Assembly (NCBI GenBank): GCA_965222155.1
Contig: CBDCTH010000012.1
Span: 1,504,001 to 1,568,000, forward strand
DNA: 64,000 bases
Source of the DNA: Gammaproteobacteria bacterium
Lineage (GTDB): Bacteria > Pseudomonadota > Gammaproteobacteria > Eutrophobiales > Eutrophobiaceae
Direction of reading: 5' to 3'
Shown: positions 17,423 through 25,922 of the stretch, piece by piece
Numbering within the stretch: the stretch's first letter is position 1
Layout: each line of letters starts with the position of its first letter
Made by a program: the position numbers and the translations under genes
The notes under the pieces: model-generated
What the model was told of the DNA's origin: nothing
Databases searched by the model: none
Seen by the model: the letters and a program-made list of their open reading frames with translations, nothing else

Positions 17423-18862
17423 CTCCGGTGCAACCAGTCGGCGCCGGCCGTCAATAGATAATTTTACGCCCCGTTCATCCAGTTGCAGCCGGTCCCACAA
17501 CTGGCAGGTTACCTGTTTGTGTTTCTGGTCCAGTCCCTCACAGTAATTGGTGTATTCACATACCCTGACCTGGTCCCCCTTTCCCAGCTTGAGTTTCAAA
17601 AACCAGTCTGGATCCGCAAGACTTTGGCGCGCGGCGCCTATGATATCTGCCTTGCCTTTCTGCAGCAGGTCTTCTGCCTGCCGAAATCCGTGAATACCGC
17701 CGATAACAACCACCGGTGTGGCATGTCCTGCCTCATTAATCGCCGCTTTAATTTGCGCAACAGGCTCGATATTTCGACCGAAGGGGCCGAATTCATCGGA
17801 GATATAGCCAGGCATACATTCGTAACCGCTGCGCCCCGTATAAGGATAAGCGGCCCAACCGACCAGCGGCTTTTTGGCGTCATCGAATTTGCCGCCGCGG
17901 GACAGTGAAATAAAATCCATGCCGGCCCGGGCAAATTCAACAGCAAAATATCGGGCATCATCTACCGTATTGCCGTCTTCTATGCACTCGTCACTGAGGA
18001 AACGGCATCCGACACAATAATCATCGCCGACTACACTGCGTACATGATGGAATACCTCCAGGGGCAAACGCACCCTGTTTTCCCGGGAACCGCCATAGCC
18101 GTCCGGACGGCGGTTTGTCGCGGATAGAAATGAGGCCATCGTATAAGCGTGGGCATAATGTAACTCTACCCCATCGATACCCGCTTCCCGCGCGCGTCGG
18201 GCCGCCTGCGCAAACAGGTCCAGCAATACCTGCGGCAGATTTTTTACGTGAGGCAGGTGCATATCAGTGACCCGTTCCCGGTATCCCATACGCAAGGCTT
18301 CCAGCTCAGCATCAGTCAATACTTCATCCAGTTCCTCATCAGGCAAGCCGGCGAGATGCGTCCTGATGCGTTCCTCCGGCCAGTCATAGGCTGCCAGTCT
18401 CTCCCTGTGGTTATCGGTGACAGTCAGAAAACGGGAAAAGTATTTGGCCGGATCCGGGCGCCGTCGGATAGCGAGAAAATCGATCACCTGGATAAGCAAG
18501 CGGGTATGTCCGTTACTGGCGGCTTTCACCACCTGTGCCAGTTCTTTCAAACCCGGAATAAACCGGTCATCGCCGATTCGCAGTAAAGGCCCGCTGGGAA
18601 TATCGCGGATACCCGTGGCTTCAATGACAATAGCGCCAGGTTGCCCCCTGGCAAACCGTTCATACCAGTCCAGCACGTCATCGGTAACGAAACCGTCTTC
18701 GTTGGAACGCCAGGGCACCATTGCCGGCACCCAGGTGCGCTGCTCCAGGGTAAGCGGACCGAGATTCACGGGAGTAAACATCAGGGCAGAAGCGGCCTCA
18801 TCCGCACCGGGGCTTGCCCCGGGCTGCGGTTTATACTTAATTCTCTCTGCTGGTTTCCACAT
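17396..18862 (-). CDS. NADH:flavin oxidoreductase (Old Yellow Enzyme family)
   Basis: VPAMVPWR, AGIDGVELHYAHAY, FLSATNRRPDGYGGSRENRVR, C-terminal Cys cluster (CEYTNYC...C). Confidence 0.88.
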   Translation of the reverse strand: MWKPAERIKYKPQPGASPGADEAASALMFTPVNLGPLTLEQRTWVPAMVPWRSNEDGFVTDDVLDWYERFARGQPGAIVIEATGIRDIPSGPLLRIGDDRFIPGLKELAQVVKAASNGHTRLLIQVIDFLAIRRRPDPAKYFSRFLTVTDNHRERLAAYDWPEERIRTHLAGLPDEELDEVLTDAELEALRMGYRERVTDMHLPHVKNLPQVLLDLFAQAARRAREAGIDGVELHYAHAYTMASFLSATNRRPDGYGGSRENRVRLPLEVFHHVRSVVGDDYCVGCRFLSDECIEDGNTVDDARYFAVEFARAGMDFISLSRGGKFDDAKKPLVGWAAYPYTGRSGYECMPGYISDEFGPFGRNIEPVAQIKAAINEAGHATPVVVIGGIHGFRQAEDLLQKGKADIIGAARQSLADPDWFLKLKLGKGDQVRVCEYTNYCEGLDQKHKQVTCQLWDRLQLDERGVKLSIDGRRRLVAPEWTNLPGAD

Positions 18863-18914
18863 AAACGGATGGTACTACTGCCGGTATATCAGGACAATCA
18901 TGTAGCAACAGGGC

Positions 18915-19043
18915 CAGCAGTTCCCGCTAACTCCCGGGATCGAGGGCATCCTGCCCTCGTGGAGGGCGAGACGCCCTCCCTCCCAGAGAACTTTATGGTC
19001 AGGGGAACCTGGGGGACAGATTTAAATCTGTCCCCCCTGTCTT
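18915..19043 (+). mobile_element. Composite palindromic element (family A arm plus family B palindrome), partial copy
   Basis: cagcagttcccgctaac..gagggcatcctgccctc..gggggacagatttaaatctgtccccc; same orientation as 25617-25796. Confidence 0.85.
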
Positions 19044-19088
19044 GCCGACCCGTGCATGACTTTTTCACTTGACCACTACACTACAGAA

Positions 19089-20402
19089 TTATATATCATT
19101 CTCTTTAATCATATAATTTTTCCAGGCATCGAACTCGTGCCGGAAGACGATATCGCTGGTCCCCAGTGCCTGGGTGGTGCCGTTATCGTTGGCCTGGTCA
19201 CGGCCGTAATGACGGTGCTGGCTCACCCACTCGGACGCCTCCGTCTGCAGGCCGTGCTGAATACGGTGGTAGGCTTCGTAATCATCATGACCTGCTATGG
19301 AAAACGGAGAGAAGATCAACTGGTTGTAGAGTACCGAGGTATGCAGCATGTCATCCGATACGCCGCCGAGCTTGAATGTCCAGGTTTCCTGGATAGTCTT
19401 GTCCACGGCGATTGGGCGATAAACCCGGATCGTCTGCAACGCGCTCTTGAAAGCGATACTTGGATAGATGACCGTGTTCTGCCGTTGCATGGACAAAATC
19501 CGGTTGGTCTCCTCCTCACCGTATACTGCGACCATATCCTGCACATACTTTGATTCACGCGGGTAACCGATATGAATAGTGGCATTGCCTCCGGACCAGG
19601 TATGGCCGTTGCCGCAGGTTGTCATGGCTATGGTATCGAAAAACTCGTAGCTGGAGCCGAACGGTTCCAGCATGGCCAGAGGCAGGGGTTTTTCATTTTC
19701 CGGATATTGCCGGGCCAGTTGTTTTGCCGGTTGCCAGGCGGATTGGTGAGTGACGGCCGGATGCAGGTTGTCGGACACGTTTTCCAGCAGGATTTTCCAG
19801 TTGGCATCGTGCATATAACGCAATACGCCGCCGGTCATCTCAATCTCAGCTGTGGGTGATCTGTCAACAGCGTTATCAAATGAAGTAATGGCCGGGCCCA
19901 GCCAGCTTGTCAGGTCGGGCCCTTGTTGCGACTGGTTGGCAAAAATAAAACCGCGATATATCTCGACCCTGGCGACCTTGCGTATATTGCTCAGGTGATT
20001 ATCACGGGCAAATGTCGAGCCTTTATATCCTTCTTCCCTGGGAATATGAACCAGATTGCCGGCAGTATCGAACACGTAACCATGATATGCGCAGCGCAAT
20101 TGCTGTGCGTGGCCGCAAGCTTCGACAGCCAGTTGCGCGCCCTTATGGGCACAGCGGTTATACAGGATATGTACCTGGTTATCGTCGTGCCGGGTAACAA
20201 TGATCGGTTGCCTGCCGAGGGTGGTGGTAAAGTAATCTCCGGGAGATTTTACCTGGCTTTCGTGTCCGATATAGACCCAGGCATTGCCCCAGATGCGCTC
20301 CATTTCCAGCTCAAAGATGGCCGGGTCCGTATAAACACGCTTGTGTACCCGCGCAGGTTCGACCAGTGAGGCGATCTCCTGATTACTGATTGCTGCGCTC
20401 AT
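19089..20402 (-). CDS. Rieske ring-hydroxylating oxygenase alpha subunit
   Basis: CAH...CAYH Rieske motif, DNLHPAVTH iron ligands, conserved Asp in HDDYEAY. Confidence 0.92.
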   Translation of the reverse strand: MSAAISNQEIASLVEPARVHKRVYTDPAIFELEMERIWGNAWVYIGHESQVKSPGDYFTTTLGRQPIIVTRHDDNQVHILYNRCAHKGAQLAVEACGHAQQLRCAYHGYVFDTAGNLVHIPREEGYKGSTFARDNHLSNIRKVARVEIYRGFIFANQSQQGPDLTSWLGPAITSFDNAVDRSPTAEIEMTGGVLRYMHDANWKILLENVSDNLHPAVTHQSAWQPAKQLARQYPENEKPLPLAMLEPFGSSYEFFDTIAMTTCGNGHTWSGGNATIHIGYPRESKYVQDMVAVYGEEETNRILSMQRQNTVIYPSIAFKSALQTIRVYRPIAVDKTIQETWTFKLGGVSDDMLHTSVLYNQLIFSPFSIAGHDDYEAYHRIQHGLQTEASEWVSQHRHYGRDQANDNGTTQALGTSDIVFRHEFDAWKNYMIKENDI

Positions 20403-20422
20403 GAGTGAAGCATACGGTCCGG

Positions 20423-20941
20423 CTACTTGACCGCCAGTCCCAGCAGTATGGTAGTGGTACAATGATAAACGTTATTGCTTGCGCCCATGCACCAGTTAAT
20501 GTCATTACTTTTGGATGGAAAATAATTCGGCAGGTCGCCCTCGTCGCGATTGCACATGCAGCGGTTGCAGGTACTTTTGCCGCAGCAGTCATTATAGGCA
20601 ATGATGTAATCACGCCCGTCCGCGGGGTTTTTGCATGTGCCTACCCAGGTCATCGGCGCCATTTCCGTCCCCGGCGGGCAACTGGTATGACTGCCGCCAC
20701 AACAGGTACACAGGAAACCGTCCATGCCGCAGTTGCGCCAGTATTCACATTTACCCGGATCGCCCTCGGGTCCTGATATCGAACCGTCGTCCGGTCCGGT
20801 GTTCGCCCTGGCAACGGGCAGTAAGGGAATCGCACCGGCGCCGACCAGTAACGTCCCGGCTTTTTGTAAAAAGCTCCGGCGTGAAGTATGGCGCGCCAGG
20901 GAGCGGGTTCTCTGTTGAAACCAGCGATCAAAAAGCTTCAT
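20423..20941 (-). CDS. TTQ-dependent amine dehydrogenase light chain (AauA/MauA-like)
   Basis: Tat motif SRRSFL; CEYWRNCGMDG, CPPG, TWVGTC and DINWCM (both TTQ tryptophans), NDCCGK. Confidence 0.93.
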   Translation of the reverse strand: MKLFDRWFQQRTRSLARHTSRRSFLQKAGTLLVGAGAIPLLPVARANTGPDDGSISGPEGDPGKCEYWRNCGMDGFLCTCCGGSHTSCPPGTEMAPMTWVGTCKNPADGRDYIIAYNDCCGKSTCNRCMCNRDEGDLPNYFPSKSNDINWCMGASNNVYHCTTTILLGLAVK

Positions 20942-21000
20942 TATTGTCTCTCATTATCATTGGTCATTGATAACTTGCAAAGGAATCGCTCAAGCCCTGT

Positions 21001-22245
21001 CTAAGGTAACGGCAGCGGCTGTATCAATGACGGCACTATTCCAAGTTCGTTAGCTGAGCGCAGGTACTTGCCGGAAGTTGCATCATAGATATCCAGACTG
21101 CTCAAATCCTCGGTGATGGTGTAAAGCAGAGGATTGTCATCCTGACTCACGGCAATTGCGGAACTGGCATGGTTGGTTTTGATCCTGCTGATCCGCTTAT
21201 GTGTTGCCAAATCGTAGGCCCAGATTTCCGTTCCCGGCGCTTCATAGGAAAAAAAGTCTCCCTGATGCAGCAAAATATAGAGGCGTTGTCCGGCGTTATG
21301 CAGGGTGACCGGCTGCATCCCGCCAATACGCCAGTTTGCCTCCCTTTGTTCCTCATCGAGGTACCACCAGGTATCGGCAAAAACCGGCCCGGCAGCGGAA
21401 ATATCCACCGGGTGAACCTTTCCCAGCACCGACATGAAATACCAGGTATCGCCATGGCGCACGCCGGTCTCCAGGATTGGATCTTCAAGTGCATTGAAAA
21501 AAGGCTCGCTTTTTTGAGCGCCGGCTTGTGTACCCTCGTCGGTAACATCAATCAGCAGCAGCGAACCATCACTGCAAAGCGCAAAAAAGCGCCGCTCGCC
21601 CGCGGCATAAGCCATCGTACAGCCGGGCGTGCTAATTTCACCGGCAAAGCGCCGCTGCTCAAGGTCAACGATACTCAGGGAGGCAGCCGGTGTCAGGTTG
21701 AAAACGGCCATGAACCGATCATCGTCGGTCAGCGCCGAATCCGCTAGTCTGGGTATGGTGGATGCGCGTTTGGCGGGGATTTCAATTTCAGCTACGAACG
21801 ATAATTTGAATGGGTCATAAATGCTGACGACGTCGGTCCGCTTACCTCGCGTTGTTCTCGCATAGTAGGTCTCAGCCGAATAGATTTCCCGGTAGTGGCC
21901 CGGTATATTCAGCGCATTAAAGGAATAACCGGTATTCAGCGCTCCCAGCAACCGGGCAGTATCACCGTCATACAGGTAGGCGCGCCCGTCCGGCATCGAA
22001 CTTGCCGCAAAATCAGCAATCCAGACCCAATGAGGATGTGGTGTTTCCGGTAACGCTGCAACCTTCCCGAACAGGTCTTTGGATAAGGGTTCCTTGCTGA
22101 CGTCTACGAATGTGTTGCTCTCGACGGATACGCTGGAAGATGAGGTTGGCTCATCCATCGGTTGTTCAGTGTCACAACCTGTCAGGAGAACGAGGAGAAA
22201 AATATAAAAACGTATTTTACTCCAGGGAACAGAAAATTTATTCAT
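21001..22245 (-). CDS. TTQ-dependent amine dehydrogenase heavy chain (AauB/MauB-like beta-propeller), probable lipoprotein
   Basis: AETYYARTTRGKRTDVVSIYD, NLTPAASLSIVD, TPGC, WRIGGMQ; lipobox-like LLTGC. Confidence 0.9.
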   Translation of the reverse strand: MNKFSVPWSKIRFYIFLLVLLTGCDTEQPMDEPTSSSSVSVESNTFVDVSKEPLSKDLFGKVAALPETPHPHWVWIADFAASSMPDGRAYLYDGDTARLLGALNTGYSFNALNIPGHYREIYSAETYYARTTRGKRTDVVSIYDPFKLSFVAEIEIPAKRASTIPRLADSALTDDDRFMAVFNLTPAASLSIVDLEQRRFAGEISTPGCTMAYAAGERRFFALCSDGSLLLIDVTDEGTQAGAQKSEPFFNALEDPILETGVRHGDTWYFMSVLGKVHPVDISAAGPVFADTWWYLDEEQREANWRIGGMQPVTLHNAGQRLYILLHQGDFFSYEAPGTEIWAYDLATHKRISRIKTNHASSAIAVSQDDNPLLYTITEDLSSLDIYDATSGKYLRSANELGIVPSLIQPLPLP

Positions 22246-22335
22246 TGGACATTTAAGCGTTTTATTACCGTACTGTTATCATGCATAAAATCAGTACAGT
22301 ATTCAAGGACTTTGTCTCAATTCTTCCAAAGGACA

Positions 22336-22797
22336 CAGGGCAACCGCATACTTTTGGATTCTGTTGCAGAAGACAAGAAACCAACGCCCGTCATGCTGGC
22401 GAATGCCAGCATCCAGTCAAACAACAGCGCAGGCTCAGGGTAATGAAGGGTTATTCACTGGATTCCGGCCTGCGCCAGAATGACGGAATCGGGCAAAAAC
22501 ATCTGAATCCAAACGTATGCGTTTGCCCAGCAGTTCCCGCTAGGCTCAGGGTAATGAAGGGTTACACTGGATTCCGGCCTGCGCCAGAATGACAGGGCAA
22601 CCGCATACTTTTGGATTCTGTTGCAGAAGACAGGAAACCAACCGGAAAACACCGCCCGTCATGCTGGCGAATGCCAGCATCCAGTCAAACAACAGCGCAG
22701 GCTCAGGGTAATGAAGGGTTATTCACTGGATTCCGGCCTGCGCCAGAATGACGGAATCGGGCAAAAACATCTGAATTCAAAGTATGCGTTTGCCCTG
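22336..22797. mobile_element. MITE (family D) with CAGGGC terminal inverted repeats and 10-bp TSD, internally duplicated
   Basis: Ends cagggcaaccgcatacttt / aaagtatgcgtttgccctg; ccaaaggaca at 22326-22335 and 22798-22807; two ~200-bp units plus a partial. Confidence 0.92.
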
Positions 22798-22861
22798 CCA
22801 AAGGACATATAGATCAACAAAATTGTTGTCATAATTAGTATATGTATGGTATAAGTATATC

Positions 22862-23116
22862 ATGCACTTTGAATGGAATGAAAACAAGGCTGAAGTCAAC
22901 AAGGACAAACATCAAGGGGTGACATTTGATGAAGCGGTATCATGTTTCTATGACCCTGATCATAGTAATGATGAAGATCGGGAAATTCTTATCGGTCATT
23001 CTGAACAGGGGCGTTTGCTGACGATAAGCTATACGCTTCGAGATAACGTCATTCGCATTATCTCAGCACGTAAAGCCACTAATCATGAGGCAGAATATTA
23101 TGCGCGAAGAATATGA
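22862..23116 (+). CDS. BrnT-family toxin
   Basis: MHFEWNENKAEVNKDKH.GVTFDEA, EDREILIG, IRIISARKA. Confidence 0.9.
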   Translation: MHFEWNENKAEVNKDKHQGVTFDEAVSCFYDPDHSNDEDREILIGHSEQGRLLTISYTLRDNVIRIISARKATNHEAEYYARRI

Positions 23117-23414
23117 TCTGAAAAAACTGAAAGTAAAGCGTCGTGGCCTGTTGCCGGAACTCCAGGATGAAAAAGGTAAACCAACAAAAGTCAGGATAAC
23201 GATATCTCTGGATCAAGAAATTGTGAACTACTTTAAGCAGTCTGCTGATGAGGCTGGTTCCTTACCCTATCAAACCCAGATAAACCAGGTATTGCGTAAG
23301 ACCATAGATAAAAGCCAACAGGATGATATTGAAACTGTAAAACTGGAATTGCTGAAAGACGCAGATTTTATACGCGCAGTTGCTGATCAAATCAGTATTG
23401 CGAACCACCGATAG
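23100..23414 (+). CDS. BrnA-family antitoxin
   Basis: MREEYD, KVRITISLDQEIVNYFK, YQTQINQVLR; overlaps toxin end. Confidence 0.88.
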   Translation: MREEYDLKKLKVKRRGLLPELQDEKGKPTKVRITISLDQEIVNYFKQSADEAGSLPYQTQINQVLRKTIDKSQQDDIETVKLELLKDADFIRAVADQISIANHR

Positions 23415-23424
23415 GCACTGTCCC

Positions 23425-23511
23425 ATGTCCAACGAAATTACAAGCCAAAAGATTCAGGTTAAGAAAATCTTCAATGATCTCTGGTTTAGCATCCCAGAAT
23501 ACCAACGCCCC
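23425..23511 (+). pseudogene. N-terminal stub of a DUF262 (GmrSD-like) protein
   Basis: MSNEITSQKIQVKKIFNDLWFSIPEYQRP carries the IPxYQRP motif, then similarity stops. Confidence 0.7.
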
Positions 23512-23597
23512 TGTATTTCAGAGAGCGTGAACTTGCAGTTTTCAGCGAGGGAATCAAAAGCTGACCAGGGGTAGTTTGATTCTGCTCCGGTAGCGCA

Positions 23598-24422
23598 TCA
23601 TTCCGCAATGAGCAGGAAGTCTGCTATTGCCTGTGCCGTCTCAGCGGGACGCTCGATGGAGATAAAGTGACCACAGTTATCCAGCGTATCCAGCCTTGAA
23701 TTCGGAATCAGTCCGTGCAGGTCTGTCATGCCGAGCCCGCTCGGAGACGATTGCATTGGCGTCATGATATCTTCATCGGCGCCGAGCAGGAGAGTCGGCG
23801 CACGAATACGTGCGGCGTCGGCACTGACGTCCAGGTTTTCTATCAATGCGAGATCACGGAGAAACCCCATGGGGGTCATGCCCTGCAGCGCATAGACAAA
23901 CGCATCCACCGTATTGTCACTCTCAGGCCTGTCCCAGAAACCCCGTGAGAAACCCTGATGGCTGGTGATCAGGGCCAGTGCTTCCACTCCGGCTGCGGCA
24001 GCCATACGCCATGTTTTGAAGATAACATGGCTTGCTCGATCAAATTTCGCGAAAGAACAGCTGATAACCAGTCTGTCGATAAGCTCCGGGCGTTTGCCGG
24101 CAAGCACGATCGCGACACACCCACCCATCGATGTCCCGTGTACGTGGACGGGTCCGAGTTCAAGAGTCTCTATGAACTGGGCAACACTGTCGGCAAAACC
24201 GGTAACGGAGCGCTCGCCCGGTCCATATTCGGAGTCGCCATAGCCAGGCAGGTCGATATCATAGGTGTGCAGACGTTTGGAAAGATGGGGAGTTAACAGG
24301 TCAAAATTCCGGCGCCCGGTTCCCAATCCATGGATCTGGACGACGGCGCCTGGATTCCCGGAACCTGCCTCCCTGTATGAGATGGTCACGCCCGAGCCAA
24401 GCTTAATGCGAGCAACCTGCAT
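23598..24422 (-). CDS. Alpha/beta-fold hydrolase
   Basis: HGLG, DLPGYG, GTSMGG nucleophile elbow, CGH. Confidence 0.9.
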   Translation of the reverse strand: MQVARIKLGSGVTISYREAGSGNPGAVVQIHGLGTGRRNFDLLTPHLSKRLHTYDIDLPGYGDSEYGPGERSVTGFADSVAQFIETLELGPVHVHGTSMGGCVAIVLAGKRPELIDRLVISCSFAKFDRASHVIFKTWRMAAAAGVEALALITSHQGFSRGFWDRPESDNTVDAFVYALQGMTPMGFLRDLALIENLDVSADAARIRAPTLLLGADEDIMTPMQSSPSGLGMTDLHGLIPNSRLDTLDNCGHFISIERPAETAQAIADFLLIAE

Positions 24423-24464
24423 CCGGTCGAGAAATCCTGTGACGGTTCAGGTCTTTTTCGGTAT

Positions 24465-25535
24465 TCACTTTGAGGCGCAGAGTCTTGCCACTCGCGGCAT
24501 GACTTCCTCGGCGAAACGCCGCATCTCCCGCTCAAACGGCTGAAACTCAAGCAGGATTATTTCAATGCCGGCATTATGGAAGGCGACGATGCGTCTCGCA
24601 ACTTCATCGTAGGAGCCGGTGAAACCACAACCTGTGCCATTGCCGACGCCGACTCCAGGCGCCTTGGCTATCACTTTGGAGGTTACAGCTTCCGGATCGG
24701 CATTCCTGGCCAGAACTGCATAGGCCTCATTGTCTTTTTCACGGAGTTCAAAGGCGTAAGCGAGCGCCTCCTCTGCCTCGGCCTGTGTCGGGCGTGCGAA
24801 GGGAAACGCCGACACCCCGTAGCCGAGTGGTGTACCGCTGCGCGGGCGTTTGCGCATGCGGGCAATCTTCCCGGCGACGTCTTCGAGCGGTTGCCCGAAC
24901 ATGAACCAGGTATCGCACAACTCGACGGTGAGATTGAGCGCCGCCTCGGACTCACCGCCCGAGTAAATCAATGGACGTGGCCGCCACTTCGAGGCAGGTT
25001 TAAACTGGTAACCATCCAGCTTGAAGTTATCGCCGTCGACGGTCACCCGATCACCTGACATGAGCTTCTTCACGACGCGCAGCCATTCGCCACCGTACAC
25101 ATAGCGCTCGTCGTGTGGCGGGAAAGGGATCCCTGCTTTGCGGAACTCAGGGAGGAACCACGCATTGACAAAATTGAGCGAAAAACGCCCCTGGCTGATC
25201 TCTTCAAGTTGCAACGCCATCTTCGCGAACACGGCCGGGTGGAACAAGTAAGGTTTGATTGCCGCGATGATTTCGATATTTTCTGTGAGCGCCGCGAGTG
25301 CACCACAGGCAGTCAAGGTCTCAAGTTGATCGAACTCATCCCCGAAAGGGTTGACGATGTGCTGGGCTACGAGCACGGAGTCGATGCCGAGAGCTTCCGC
25401 TTCGAGTACCAGATCCCGATTGCGTGTCCATGATGCGTCAACCGGATCTTCCGGATGCCGGAGTGATGCCGAAGTACCGTAGACAATCGCCCAGATCCCG
25501 AACCGGGGGCCGGTACGTTTCCTCGCCGAAGTCAT
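24465..25535 (-). CDS. LLM-class flavin-dependent monooxygenase (SsuD/SfnG-like)
   Basis: EAEALGIDSVLVAQH, IAAIKP, SQGRFSLNFV, HDERY, GGES. Confidence 0.88.
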   Translation of the reverse strand: MTSARKRTGPRFGIWAIVYGTSASLRHPEDPVDASWTRNRDLVLEAEALGIDSVLVAQHIVNPFGDEFDQLETLTACGALAALTENIEIIAAIKPYLFHPAVFAKMALQLEEISQGRFSLNFVNAWFLPEFRKAGIPFPPHDERYVYGGEWLRVVKKLMSGDRVTVDGDNFKLDGYQFKPASKWRPRPLIYSGGESEAALNLTVELCDTWFMFGQPLEDVAGKIARMRKRPRSGTPLGYGVSAFPFARPTQAEAEEALAYAFELREKDNEAYAVLARNADPEAVTSKVIAKAPGVGVGNGTGCGFTGSYDEVARRIVAFHNAGIEIILLEFQPFEREMRRFAEEVMPRVARLCASK

Positions 25536-25616
25536 AATCCACTTCTTCCTCGAAATATGCAAACTCGCCAAGGGTACAAAATTTAAATAATTATAGCGAG
25601 GAAATGCAAGCCGAAA

Positions 25617-25796
25617 CAGCAGTTCCCGCTAACGCCCGGGGTCGAGGGCATCCTGCCCTCGTGGAGGGCGTCCCGCCCTCCCTCCCAAGGAAACATGCCC
25701 CCTTATGGTTAAAGTATGCCCGGGACTCCTGGGGGACAGATTTAAATCTGTCCCCCCCTGTCTTCTGTATTGACCTCGAGTTAGCGGGAGCACCTG
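25617..25796 (+). mobile_element. Composite palindromic element (family A+B), full copy
   Basis: Imperfect TIR cagcagttcccgctaac / gttagcgggagcacctg; perfect 26-bp palindrome at 25731-25756. Confidence 0.88.
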
Positions 25797-25922
25797 GAAC
25801 CAGGACAGAACCAGGACAGTACAGTTGTGATTACGCCCGGAACAGATTATCATTCCGTATCAACACAAGCACAACAGGGGGCGAACCCCGCTACCGTTGA
25901 GTATTGAACCGGGAGGCAATCT

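Noticed and set aside
22281-22812. Short ORFs with duplicated peptides (RHAGECQHPVKQQRR)
   Set aside because: Translations of the duplicated MITE, not genes.
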